Source: Alphaproteobacteria bacterium (GTDB lineage Bacteria; Pseudomonadota; Alphaproteobacteria; Micavibrionales; UBA2020). Taken from it: 64,000 bases of DNA. Below are positions 55,306 through 63,414 of this stretch, in pieces (the stretch's first letter is position 1; every line of letters begins with the position of its first letter). The stretch lies in NCBI GenBank assembly GCA_041287865.1, contig JBGGMV010000008.1, forward strand, positions 70,297-134,296, in the 5' to 3' direction. The position numbers were made by a program, and so were the translations under genes. Under the pieces are notes generated by a model. That model ran no database searches and had not been told where the DNA came from. It was given only the letters and a program-made list of their open reading frames with translations.

Positions 55306-55902
55306 TCAGGGGCTCTTCCTGATCTGCAGCGCCTTCATCGGCTTCACGTCGCGCACGGGTTCGACCGCGCTGCTGATGGCGGCCTTGACCGCAAGTGCCT
55401 GCGCGGCCTGATCGGCAAGGCGCTTGTCCCGCGTGTCGAACAGCGCGATAAAGGCGGCGAGATTTTCGGCGGTGATCTGTTCTTCCTGGAACAACCTGGC
55501 GCCGGTCGCGCCGCCCTTGGTCCAGAGCTCCTGCGGGTTGAAATGGCGGGGGACGAACTGGTCTTTCCTGCCGGCCCAGACCTGCGTTATCGTCTCGCTC
55601 CAGTAATCGAAGTCGTCGCGCGACGGGGTTTGCGCTTTGTCGATGCGCGTTTTCATGGCGGCGGTTTTTGCGGCGACGGTTTCAAAAACCTTGCCGATCG
55701 TGGAATGATCGAGCGGGCCCTGCCCCGATTCCATCGAGCTGCCCTCGATCGCATGCCAGCCCTTTGGCGCGCGGCGGCCGAAAATTTTCGCGAGGCCTTT
55801 GCGCTCCGGGATCTTCATTGCATTGCGGTAACGGCCCAGCACTTCGACAACGAAGACCAGTTCATCGGCAGGTTTTTCGGCGCTGGGCGCATCGGCAGCC
55901 AT
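55306..55902 (-). CDS. hypothetical protein with C-terminal tail motif (paralog B)
   Basis: 198 aa with AAGGAG at 55918-55913. It ends ...VKPMKALQIRKSP. Its stop lies 1 nt before paralog A's start. Confidence 0.65.
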   Translation of the reverse strand: MAADAPSAEKPADELVFVVEVLGRYRNAMKIPERKGLAKIFGRRAPKGWHAIEGSSMESGQGPLDHSTIGKVFETVAAKTAAMKTRIDKAQTPSRDDFDYWSETITQVWAGRKDQFVPRHFNPQELWTKGGATGARLFQEEQITAENLAAFIALFDTRDKRLADQAAQALAVKAAISSAVEPVRDVKPMKALQIRKSP

Positions 55903-55925
55903 TGGCGGGTATCTCCTTTACAGCA

Positions 55926-55936
55926 TTATGTATAAT
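55926..55936. promoter_or_regulatory. TTATGTATAAT box inside the perfect palindrome GCATTAT-GT-ATAATGC
   Basis: The palindrome spans 55924-55939. On the minus strand TTGACG (55957-55952), a 17-nt spacer and TATACA (55934-55929) form a promoter for the 55902 gene. Confidence 0.5.
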
Positions 55937-55990
55937 GCCGCTACGGCGGCGCGTCAACCGGTTTATATATAAATTATTGATTTATAAGGA

Positions 55991-56287
55991 TTATGCCGCT
56001 TTGGGGAAGGGCAGGCGTTTCAGCGATTTGTTGCGGCTTTTCATCAGTGCGCGCAGCATCTGCACATCGCGGTCACAGCCGCCCTGCGCCACCCTTTCGA
56101 TCACGACATCGAAGGGAGTCTTTAAAAACGGCGCTTTTTCAGGGCGCGCGGCGACAAGTTTCTGCACGACCAGCAAGTCCTCCACCGATCCGGAAGCGGC
56201 GTAGCGCTCGACGGCGACATCGAGGCTGGTCCTCGCCGCAAGCGCGTTAAAAGCCGCGCAATTAATTTTCCAGAAGATGACAGTCAC
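55991..56287 (-). CDS. hypothetical protein
   Basis: 98 aa located downstream of epmA on the same strand. It ends ...KSLKRLPFPKAA, off by one from the tail motif. Coding status is uncertain. Confidence 0.35.
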   Translation of the reverse strand: MTVIFWKINCAAFNALAARTSLDVAVERYAASGSVEDLLVVQKLVAARPEKAPFLKTPFDVVIERVAQGGCDRDVQMLRALMKSRNKSLKRLPFPKAA

Positions 56288-56355
56288 CGCTAAACCCCTT
56301 TAACAGATAAGGGTCAGTTTACCGATTCCCGGTTAACAATCGCTGAATATGGATT

Positions 56356-57372
56356 TTATTTTTGGAAACTTACGGGCGCGGCCTGCACAAGCGAAATATC
56401 CTCTGCCCCCGTCGCCAGCATGACAAGACGATCGAGCCCCAGCGCATTGCCGCTGCAGGCCGGCAGGCCATGCTCCAGCGCCTTGAGGAAATCTTCGTCG
56501 ACCGGATAATCCTCGCCATAGACTTTTTTACGGAGCGCGACATCGGCGATGAAACGTTCGCGCTGCACCTTCGCGTCGGTCAGCTCGCCGAAGGCATTCG
56601 CCAGTTCGATGCCGCAGACATAAACTTCGAACCGCTCCGCAAAGCGCGCATCGGTGGGTTTCGGGCGCGAGAGCGCGGCCATCGAAACGGGATAGTCGTA
56701 GATGATGGAGGGCGCGGGCGAGCCAAGACGCGGTTCCACCTTCTCCATCAAAATTTTCAGCAGCGCATTTTCCCAGTCGTCATGCGGCGAGACATAGACG
56801 CCGATGCGCTTCGCCTCCGCGTTGATATGGGCGAGGTCGCAGAGGTTATTCGATATATCCACGCCCGCATATTTCTTCAGCGCATCCACCACGGTAATTT
56901 TTTCCCATGGCGCGGCAGCATCGCAGGTGCGCCCCTCAACCGTCACGGGTTTCACGAGGATGCTGCGGATAAGATCCGCCGTTTCATCCATCATTTCGGT
57001 GTAATCCATGCCAAGGCTGTACCATTCCAGCATGGCGAATTCGGGGCTGTGCCATTTCGAGCCTTCGCAGTTGCGGAAGACTTTCGCCAGCTGGTAAATT
57101 TTCGGCATGCCGGCAACCAGCAGTTTTTTCATGGCGAATTCGGGACTGGTGTGCAGGTACATCGTATGCTTCGACTGCCTGTCCGCCGTGACCAGTTCGG
57201 TGCGGAAGGCCTGTATATGCGCCTCCATGCAGGGAGCCACCTGCAGCGCGGGTGTTTCGACCTCAAGATAGCCACGCGTATCGAAAAAATCCCGCACCGC
57301 GCCGAAAATGCGCGCGCGTTCCTTTAAATAAGGAACCTTCTTCATAAATAAATCGGGATGCCACCAGTTCAT
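56356..57372 (-). CDS. epmA: EF-P--(R)-beta-lysine ligase (EpmA/GenX/PoxA, truncated class II LysRS-like)
   Basis: 338 aa from ATG 57372 (MNWWHPDLF...). It has YLHTSPEFAMKKLLVAGMPKIYQLAKVFRNCEGSKWHSPEFAMLEWY and class II motif 3, GNALGLDRLVML. The track ORF to 57660 adds about 96 junk residues that overlap the ankyrin gene. Confidence 0.85.
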   Translation of the reverse strand: MNWWHPDLFMKKVPYLKERARIFGAVRDFFDTRGYLEVETPALQVAPCMEAHIQAFRTELVTADRQSKHTMYLHTSPEFAMKKLLVAGMPKIYQLAKVFRNCEGSKWHSPEFAMLEWYSLGMDYTEMMDETADLIRSILVKPVTVEGRTCDAAAPWEKITVVDALKKYAGVDISNNLCDLAHINAEAKRIGVYVSPHDDWENALLKILMEKVEPRLGSPAPSIIYDYPVSMAALSRPKPTDARFAERFEVYVCGIELANAFGELTDAKVQRERFIADVALRKKVYGEDYPVDEDFLKALEHGLPACSGNALGLDRLVMLATGAEDISLVQAAPVSFQK

Positions 57373-57373
57373 T

Positions 57374-58015
57374 TTACTGGTCGAACTGTTTGAGGCGGAT
57401 TGTTTTGACAGGGACAGGCGCGCCCGCGCCGCCATAGACGGCGGACGAAATTTCCGCCTGCAATGCGGCTTCCTTTTCTTCCTTCGCAATACGCGCGACT
57501 TCGGAGAAGTGGAAGGCGATGCTGTCGGCGACTTTCTTGCCGGCGGGCCAGCGCGTATCTTCTTCGCCGCGCTGATAGATATTCCGGTGCTGCGCATCCT
57601 CCACCATCGGGTCGGCGCCGTGCCTGACCAGCCAGAGCGCGCGGTCGGTCGTATTGTCACGCAGGTCCATGTTGTAGGCCCAGTGCAGCGGGGTCATGCC
57701 CTTCTCGCCCGCCTTCAGGTTCACGTCGGCCCTGGCATCTTTCACCAGCCATTCGGCGACGTCATAGCGGCGTTCCATCAACGCGCGCACCAGCGGGCCT
57801 TCGCCGTCGTCATCGACGACATTGGCTTCGGCCCCGTAATTGAACAGCAGCTTCGCCATGTCGAGATCGCCGCGCCATGCCGCGTGGAACAAGGCCGTGC
57901 GGCCGTTCACATCCGTCGCGCCCGCATCGGCCTTTTCGGCCAGAAGTTCTTCGGCGCGGCCGGTATTGCCGTCCTTCACCGCCTTCATCAGCATTTCGTC
58001 GAATTTGCGCGCCAT
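57374..58015 (-). CDS. ankyrin-repeat protein
   Basis: GRTALFHAAWRGDLDMAKLLFNYGAEANVVDDDGEGPLVRAL and GMTPLHWAYN are ankyrin repeats. It ends ...VPVKTIRLKQFDQ. Its stop lies 1 nt before the epmA start. Confidence 0.85.
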   Translation of the reverse strand: MARKFDEMLMKAVKDGNTGRAEELLAEKADAGATDVNGRTALFHAAWRGDLDMAKLLFNYGAEANVVDDDGEGPLVRALMERRYDVAEWLVKDARADVNLKAGEKGMTPLHWAYNMDLRDNTTDRALWLVRHGADPMVEDAQHRNIYQRGEEDTRWPAGKKVADSIAFHFSEVARIAKEEKEAALQAEISSAVYGGAGAPVPVKTIRLKQFDQ

Positions 58016-58063
58016 GGAAAAAACCTGTCGGATTAAGTACCGGATTTATAACAATAATATTAC

Positions 58064-58073
58064 ATAATGTCAA
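58064..58073 (-). promoter_or_regulatory. TTGACATAAY-type promoter box (TTGACATTAT)
   Basis: On the minus strand: TTGACATTAT, a 17-nt spacer, then TATAAA (58050-58045). It lies upstream of the ankyrin gene start at 58015. Confidence 0.6.
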
Positions 58074-58089
58074 CCGCTTGGCTATCTAT

Positions 58090-58099
58090 TTGACATAAT
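58090..58099 (+). promoter_or_regulatory. TTGACATAAY promoter box
   Basis: TTGACATAAT, an 18-nt spacer, then TATAGT (58114-58119). It lies upstream of ATG 58144 and is back-to-back with the minus-strand box 16 bp away. Confidence 0.6.
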
Positions 58100-58143
58100 G
58101 TCTAATTTTGACCTATAGTCGCGGGATTAAGACAGGGATTCTC

Positions 58144-58860
58144 ATGACTCGCACTATTGATGCCCAACTGGTTGAAGAAGCACTCGCCGAAATCGCCCTC
58201 GTCGACACGGGTGGCCAGATGGCCAAAGTGATAGAGGACGCGCGCCATGAAGCCTGCATATCACGGCACTGCGAATACGACGTCAAACCCGCAAGCCTTG
58301 CGCTCCTCATCACCGGCAGCGACAAGGCCTGCGAAACGCTGGCCAAAGCCTATACCAAGGCTCTTTACGGTTTGGGGCTGATCGACGGCAAGGCCGGCAA
58401 TCCCGCGTCCAAAACCATCGACTGGACAGGGCAGATCTGCGACAACGAAGCCAGCCGCACCATGCAGGAGCAGAGCTGGGCCAGCCGCAAAATGACGGAG
58501 GCCGGCAAGGCGGCGCGCAGCGGCACGCTGGTCATTCGCGACATCCACCGCAAGCCTTATGAAGGCTCTCCCGACGAGGCCGAGGCCTCCGGCCCCGCCC
58601 TGAAAGGCGCTCTGGAAGCCGTCACGGAATTCGTCACCAAAGGCACCTGGGGCCCCCGCACCCCCGTCGTCGTGCTGACCGGGCCCGAGGTCGAAACCCG
58701 CGCCTTTATCGCCGCAACGCCGGAATTAGCCAAGCTTTTCAACAATAAATCCGTGTACGCCGACGCCTGCCCGCCGCTGCCGGAGGTCTATTCGACCGAA
58801 CTGGAAAGCCCGATCACCACCCGCCGCCCGCTGACCTTCAAGCCGCGCAACATTTCTTGA
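58144..58860 (+). CDS. hypothetical protein, degenerate AAA+ (CbxX/SpoVK-like) fold by eye, with C-terminal tail motif
   Basis: 238 aa from ATG 58144. LALLITGSDKACETLAKAYTKALYGLGLI occupies the position of Walker A (GxxGxGKT is lost), SGTLVIRDIHRK that of Walker B (DE is lost), and PVVVLTGPEVETRAFIAATPELAKLF that of sensor 1 and the following helix. It ends ...TTRRPLTFKPRNIS. Confidence 0.6.
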   Translation: MTRTIDAQLVEEALAEIALVDTGGQMAKVIEDARHEACISRHCEYDVKPASLALLITGSDKACETLAKAYTKALYGLGLIDGKAGNPASKTIDWTGQICDNEASRTMQEQSWASRKMTEAGKAARSGTLVIRDIHRKPYEGSPDEAEASGPALKGALEAVTEFVTKGTWGPRTPVVVLTGPEVETRAFIAATPELAKLFNNKSVYADACPPLPEVYSTELESPITTRRPLTFKPRNIS

Positions 58861-58946
58861 CATTTCCCCTATAAATACCTATAAAAGCGCAGTTTTGTTG
58901 AGGCAAAGCGTATTCCTTCAATGGATGGCTTTAAGCGCTCCGCGTC

Positions 58947-58990
58947 CCCCAGTCGGCGAAGTTACGCTCACTGGGGTTAATTGGTTTTGA
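58947..58990 (+). terminator. possible terminator hairpin
   Basis: CCCCAGT (58947-58953) pairs with ACTGGGG (58970-58976), followed by TTAATTGGTTTT. The 16-nt loop makes this weak. Confidence 0.3.
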
Positions 58991-59009
58991 GCCTACTTGT
59001 GAGGTTTTG

Positions 59010-60500
59010 ATGTTCGACAGTCTTTCCAGCCGCCTTGGCGGCATCTTCGACGGGCTTCTGAAGCGCGGCGTCCTGCGTGACGACGATGTGAACGAAGCGC
59101 TGCGGATGGTGCGCGTCGCGCTGCTGGAGGCCGATGTCGCTCTGCCCGTCGCCAAGGACTTCGTTGAAAAAGTCAAAACCCACGCTGTCGGCGAAAAAGT
59201 CGTCCGCTCGGTCAAGCCCGGCCAGCAGGTCATTAAAATCGTCCACGACCAGCTGGTCGAAACGCTGGGCCACGAAAATTCCGAAATCAACCTGAACGTC
59301 CCCGCCCCCGCCGTTATCCTGATGGCCGGCCTGCAGGGTTCGGGCAAAACCACCACCGCCGGCAAGCTGGCAAAATTCCTGCAGGAAAAACTGCGCAAGA
59401 AAGTCCTGCTGGCCTCGCTCGACATCTACCGCCCCGCCGCACAAGAGCAGCTGGAAATTCTGGCGAAGAAAGTCGACGCAGGCAGCCTGCCGATCGTCAA
59501 GGGCGACCGCCCTGACAAGATTACCAAGCGCGCGCTCGAAATGGGCCGTCTTGAAGGCTACGACGTTATCATCCTCGACAGCGCAGGCCGTCTGTCGATT
59601 GACGATGCGCTGATGGACGAACTGGCGCAGGTGCGCGATCTGGCGAAGCCTGTCGAAATCCTGCTGGTGGCCGATGCGCTGACCGGTCAGGATGCGGTGA
59701 ACACCGCGCGTAACTTCAACGAACGCATCGGCATCACCGGTATCGTGCTGACGCGCGTTGACGGCGATTCACGCGGCGGCGCTGCGCTGTCCATGCGCGC
59801 CGTCACCGGCAAGCCGATCAAGTTCCTCGGCATGGGCGAACAGCTGGATGCGCTGCAGGCCTTTGATGCCAAGCGTATCGCGGGCCGCATTCTCGACATG
59901 GGCGATATTGTTTCTCTCGTTGAGAAAGCCGCCGAAAATATCAACATGGAAGACGCCAAGGCCGCCGCCGAGAAAATGGCCAAGGGCAAGTTCGACCTCG
60001 AAGATTTCCTGACCCAGCTGAAGCAGATGAAGAAAATGGGCGGCCTGTCAGGCCTGATGGGCTTTATGCCCGGCGCCGGCAAGATCAAGGGCATGATGGA
60101 AAACGCCAATGTCGACGACAACATGATCAACCGTCAGGAAGCGATCATCCTGTCGATGACCAAGCAGGAACGCCAGAAACCCGACCTGCTGAACGCGTCG
60201 CGCCGCAAGCGCATCGCCGCTGGCTCGGGCGCTACCGTGCAGGACGTCAACCGCCTGCTGAAACAATTCCAGGACATGCAGACGATGATGAAGCGCATGC
60301 AGAAACTGGGCGGCAAAGGCATGATGCGCAATATGGGCGCTCTGTTCGGCGGCGGCGGTCTCGAAGAAATGCAGCAGATGGCCAAGAACATGGAAGGCGC
60401 AGGCCTTGACGGCCCGCTCGGCAAGAACCCCTTCGCTCCCGGTGGAGATCTGGAAGGCGCGCAAAACCCGCTGCTGAACACGAACGGGAAAAAGAAATAA
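59010..60500 (+). CDS. ffh: signal recognition particle protein Ffh
   Basis: MFDSLSSRLGGIFDGL at the N-terminus, the G domain (GLQGSGKTTTAGKLA, DSAGR, TRVDGDSRGGAALS) and a Met-rich M domain. Confidence 0.95.
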   Translation: MFDSLSSRLGGIFDGLLKRGVLRDDDVNEALRMVRVALLEADVALPVAKDFVEKVKTHAVGEKVVRSVKPGQQVIKIVHDQLVETLGHENSEINLNVPAPAVILMAGLQGSGKTTTAGKLAKFLQEKLRKKVLLASLDIYRPAAQEQLEILAKKVDAGSLPIVKGDRPDKITKRALEMGRLEGYDVIILDSAGRLSIDDALMDELAQVRDLAKPVEILLVADALTGQDAVNTARNFNERIGITGIVLTRVDGDSRGGAALSMRAVTGKPIKFLGMGEQLDALQAFDAKRIAGRILDMGDIVSLVEKAAENINMEDAKAAAEKMAKGKFDLEDFLTQLKQMKKMGGLSGLMGFMPGAGKIKGMMENANVDDNMINRQEAIILSMTKQERQKPDLLNASRRKRIAAGSGATVQDVNRLLKQFQDMQTMMKRMQKLGGKGMMRNMGALFGGGGLEEMQQMAKNMEGAGLDGPLGKNPFAPGGDLEGAQNPLLNTNGKKK

Positions 60501-60588
60501 CGGAATTCCCCGATGCCGCTGGTTGCGGGCGTCGGAACAGGATCAAACAACGGCAACCGGATAACTTTAACAAGAAAGAGTAATACAA

Positions 60589-60987
60589 ATGTTGAAAATA
60601 CGCATGGCCCGCGCAGGCGCCAAAAACAAGCCCTTCTACCACATCGTGGTGGCAGACAGCCGCAAACCCCGCGACGGCAACTTCCTCGAGCGCCTGGGCA
60701 CCTACGACCCCAAGCTGCCGAAAGACCACGCTGACCGCGTGAAGCTGAACGGCGAGCGCATCAAGTTCTGGATCGGCCGCGGCGCGCAAGTGTCCGACCG
60801 CATCGCGATCTTCCTCGGCAAAGCGGGCCTCGCCCCGATGCCGGCGCGCAAGAACAACCCGCAAAAAGCAGTGGCCAAGGCAAAAATGACGGACCGCGCC
60901 AAGCAACGCGCCGAAAAAGCCAACAAGCCCGCTGAAGCTCCCGCTGCAAAGGCCGAAGAAGCCCCTGCAGCTGAAGCACAAGCCTAA
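60589..60987 (+). CDS. rpsP: 30S ribosomal protein S16
   Basis: MLKIRMARAGAKNKPFYHIVVADSRKPRDGNFLERLGTYDP, with an Ala/Pro/Glu-rich C-terminal extension of the kind common in alphaproteobacteria. Confidence 0.95.
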   Translation: MLKIRMARAGAKNKPFYHIVVADSRKPRDGNFLERLGTYDPKLPKDHADRVKLNGERIKFWIGRGAQVSDRIAIFLGKAGLAPMPARKNNPQKAVAKAKMTDRAKQRAEKANKPAEAPAAKAEEAPAAEAQA

Positions 60988-60998
60988 AGGTTATCCGG

Positions 60999-61529
60999 TT
61001 GCGCAAAGCGGCGGCATCACCCGAACAGGGCTCACTTGCCTGCATGGCCGAAATCGTCGGCGTGCATGGCATCAGGGGAATGGTCAAGCTGAAGGTTTTC
61101 AGCGACAACCCCGACAGCCTCACGGGTGGTGCCCCGCTTTGCGATTCCGACGGGAAACTTTATAAACTTGCCTCATTGGCCCCCCACGGCAATATCTGGC
61201 TAGCACAGGTGGAAGGTCTTACCGACCGCACCCTCGCCGAAAAACTTCGCGGCACGAAATTATACCGCCAGCGCGACAGCCTCCCCGAGATCAAGAAAAA
61301 AGACCCCTATTACCACGCCGACCTGATCGGCATGGCAGCCCTGCTGCCGGACAAAACCTCCCTTGGCACCGTCATCGCCATCGCCAATTTCGGCGCAGGC
61401 GATTTGCTTGAAATAAAACCCGCCAAAGGGCAAAGCTTCTACGTCCCCTTCACCAATGCCGTCGTCCCGCATGTGGACGTGAAGGCCAAGACCCTCACCG
61501 TCGACCCGCCGCCGGGGCTGCTGGACTAG
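60999..61529 (+). CDS. rimM: ribosome maturation factor RimM
   Basis: CMAEIVGVHGIRGMVKLKVFSDNP is the RimM N-terminal motif and a PRC barrel forms the C-terminus. The start is uncertain (TTG 60999 vs ATG 61044). The conserved region begins before Met16, which favours the upstream start. Confidence 0.8.
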   Translation: MRKAAASPEQGSLACMAEIVGVHGIRGMVKLKVFSDNPDSLTGGAPLCDSDGKLYKLASLAPHGNIWLAQVEGLTDRTLAEKLRGTKLYRQRDSLPEIKKKDPYYHADLIGMAALLPDKTSLGTVIAIANFGAGDLLEIKPAKGQSFYVPFTNAVVPHVDVKAKTLTVDPPPGLLD

Positions 61530-61562
61530 CCAAGAACCATTTTGTTTTACACCTGACAAAAA

Positions 61563-62069
61563 GTGCCTGCCAACGTGAGATACATATTATTTTTCCTGTT
61601 TTTCCTGATCGTTTCCGGCTACACCGCCTTCACTTTTTGGGAAAATGATTTTTATTTAAAAGCCTTGCCTTCCCATTTGGGTGTGCAAGAAATTTTAAAA
61701 AAACAAAGCGAAGGTTCCTTTCGGGAGTCATGCGGCGGCGTTATCTTCCAGCTCTCGAAGTCAACAATCTCGGCAATTAATAAAGAAGGCGTTACGTTCC
61801 TCAATCGGGACTTATATGGACGGGGTTATCAGGAAAAAAACGATAGAGAGCGCGCATACTACACTTACAACAAATGGACAAAAACACCCATCAAACTTAC
61901 CGACGGATTATCGCCAGGAATGCATTGTCTGCTGAAAGACGACAAGGATATGGCGAAAAAAGTTAGATTCGCCGCGCAGCATGAAGGCTCCTTTTACACC
62001 GTAAAAAGCGAGGCTGAACTGCTTCTCATACCCGAACTCGGGCTTTTGTTTTATGCATACTTTGGTTAG
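61563..62069 (+). CDS. hypothetical membrane-anchored protein, low GC
   Basis: GTG start and the N-terminal hydrophobic segment ILFFLFFLIVSGYTAFTFW. GC is about 40% on two hand-counted 60-nt lines, against about 60% for the surroundings. It occupies the position where trmD is expected. Confidence 0.5.
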   Translation: MPANVRYILFFLFFLIVSGYTAFTFWENDFYLKALPSHLGVQEILKKQSEGSFRESCGGVIFQLSKSTISAINKEGVTFLNRDLYGRGYQEKNDRERAYYTYNKWTKTPIKLTDGLSPGMHCLLKDDKDMAKKVRFAAQHEGSFYTVKSEAELLLIPELGLLFYAYFG

Positions 62070-62167
62070 CCCATAAATCCAGAGACGGCAAGGCTGCCGT
62101 GGCGCAGGCGGTTGGATGCCCGCGCATGCATGCACCGCATGCTTCGCATGGGAGGGCATGGAAAAGT

Positions 62168-62752
62168 TTAGGGGTGGCTACTCTGCGGCTGCTTCAGCTT
62201 CACCACCTTCATCGGCGTGACGGCTTCGCCTGTCACGACGGGCGCGGCGGCGGCCTTGAAATCTTTTCCCGCGTCCAGCGTGCGGAGCAGCTGCGCCCGC
62301 GCCGCGGCAAGCTCTTCGGGCGGGCGGGTGGCGAGAATTCTGTCGCCGTTATGGGCGAAGTAGCGATCAATGCTCTCCGCGCTGCCCTTGACGATTCCGG
62401 CGCCAGCCGCAGAACCCATCGTCGTGATCAGGCCGCCGATGCAGAACAGCCCGGAGGCGATCCCCGCCTCCATCAGCTTGACCGTCAGCAGCCAGGATAT
62501 GAACGCCGGCACTGACACCGCAAGATAAAGCGCGCCGAAGGTCGCGGCAGCCGAGCAGATAAGCCCTCCCACCGCCATCATATTGGCATGCGCGACAAAT
62601 CCCTTCCTGACGCGCGGCGCGACCGGCCTGAGCAATTCGGCGGGGCCTGTCCTGCAGTTGTTGTATAACTCGCGGTGCATGCCGCAGAGAGGCGAATTCC
62701 ACAGCCATTTTGCAGCCCCCTGCATTTTTTCCAGCACGTCCCACGTTTTCAT
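62168..62752 (-). CDS. hypothetical protein with central bilobed hydrophobic domain and C-terminal tail motif
   Basis: 194 aa. The about 60-aa hydrophobic block is MMAVGGLICSAAATFGALYLAVSVPAFISWLLTVKLMEAGIASGLFCIGGLITTMGSAAGAGIV. It ends ...VTPMKVVKLKQPQSSHP. The start overlaps the upstream paralog's stop (ATGA). Confidence 0.7.
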   Translation of the reverse strand: MKTWDVLEKMQGAAKWLWNSPLCGMHRELYNNCRTGPAELLRPVAPRVRKGFVAHANMMAVGGLICSAAATFGALYLAVSVPAFISWLLTVKLMEAGIASGLFCIGGLITTMGSAAGAGIVKGSAESIDRYFAHNGDRILATRPPEELAAARAQLLRTLDAGKDFKAAAAPVVTGEAVTPMKVVKLKQPQSSHP

Positions 62753-63327
62753 GGCGCGGCCTCCGTCTGGCCCGGATGCTTCAGCTTCAGCGCCTTCATC
62801 GGCGTCACCGCCGCGCCGGTCGTCACGTCCGCGCTGCGGTTAAAAATCCCTTTCGCGGGTTTCGGCAGCGGCGCGGGCGCCTCGTTGGGCGGCAGCAGAG
62901 TAGTGCCCGGCTGAAGCGCTTCGAGATCGCGCTCGAAAAGGAAATAACGTTCGGTGCGGCGCGCGGATTTGCGCATCGCGCCCACCGCCACGGTCAGCGC
63001 CGCCAGCGCGGCCGTCGCCGCGAAAACCGGCAGCGCGGCGGCCGTGACCGTCGTCGCCGCGTAAACCAGCGCCGCCATCTTGAGGACCTGGTCGCCCGCC
63101 AGCACCGCGCCCGCGAAAGCCGTCATGCCCGAGGCCATGGTGCCCTGCAGGTAATACTGCGGAATGTGTTTGCGGCAGGCGTCGAGCGCACGATCGGCAA
63201 GTTTCTCACCGGCCTCGTGCAGCGGTTGCAGCACGCGCCACGGGCCACGCAGCCATGCGTCGCGGCTGCCCTTGCGGACAGCGTCAACGGTCGGCTGCAT
63301 AAACTGCGGCATCTTCATCAGGGGCAC
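62749..63327 (-). CDS. hypothetical protein with central hydrophobic domain and C-terminal tail motif (paralog)
   Basis: 192 aa. The hydrophobic block is MTAFAGAVLAGDQVLKMAALVYAATTVTAAALPVFAATAALAALTVAVGAM. It ends ...VTPMKALKLKHPGQTEAAP. Confidence 0.7.
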   Translation of the reverse strand: MPLMKMPQFMQPTVDAVRKGSRDAWLRGPWRVLQPLHEAGEKLADRALDACRKHIPQYYLQGTMASGMTAFAGAVLAGDQVLKMAALVYAATTVTAAALPVFAATAALAALTVAVGAMRKSARRTERYFLFERDLEALQPGTTLLPPNEAPAPLPKPAKGIFNRSADVTTGAAVTPMKALKLKHPGQTEAAP

Positions 63328-63414
63328 ACACTTTCTTTTGCCGCCTGTTTTCTTGTGCCGTTTTTTTCAGGCAACGGCTTTTACAGGCTTGATAAACCTA
63401 CCAAAGCCGGATGC

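Noticed and set aside
58861-59009. Possible small RNA between the 58144-58860 gene and ffh
   Set aside because: There is only a weak 7-bp hairpin with a large loop. No conserved structure or promoter is recognisable, and it is more simply a leaky terminator or 5' UTR of ffh.
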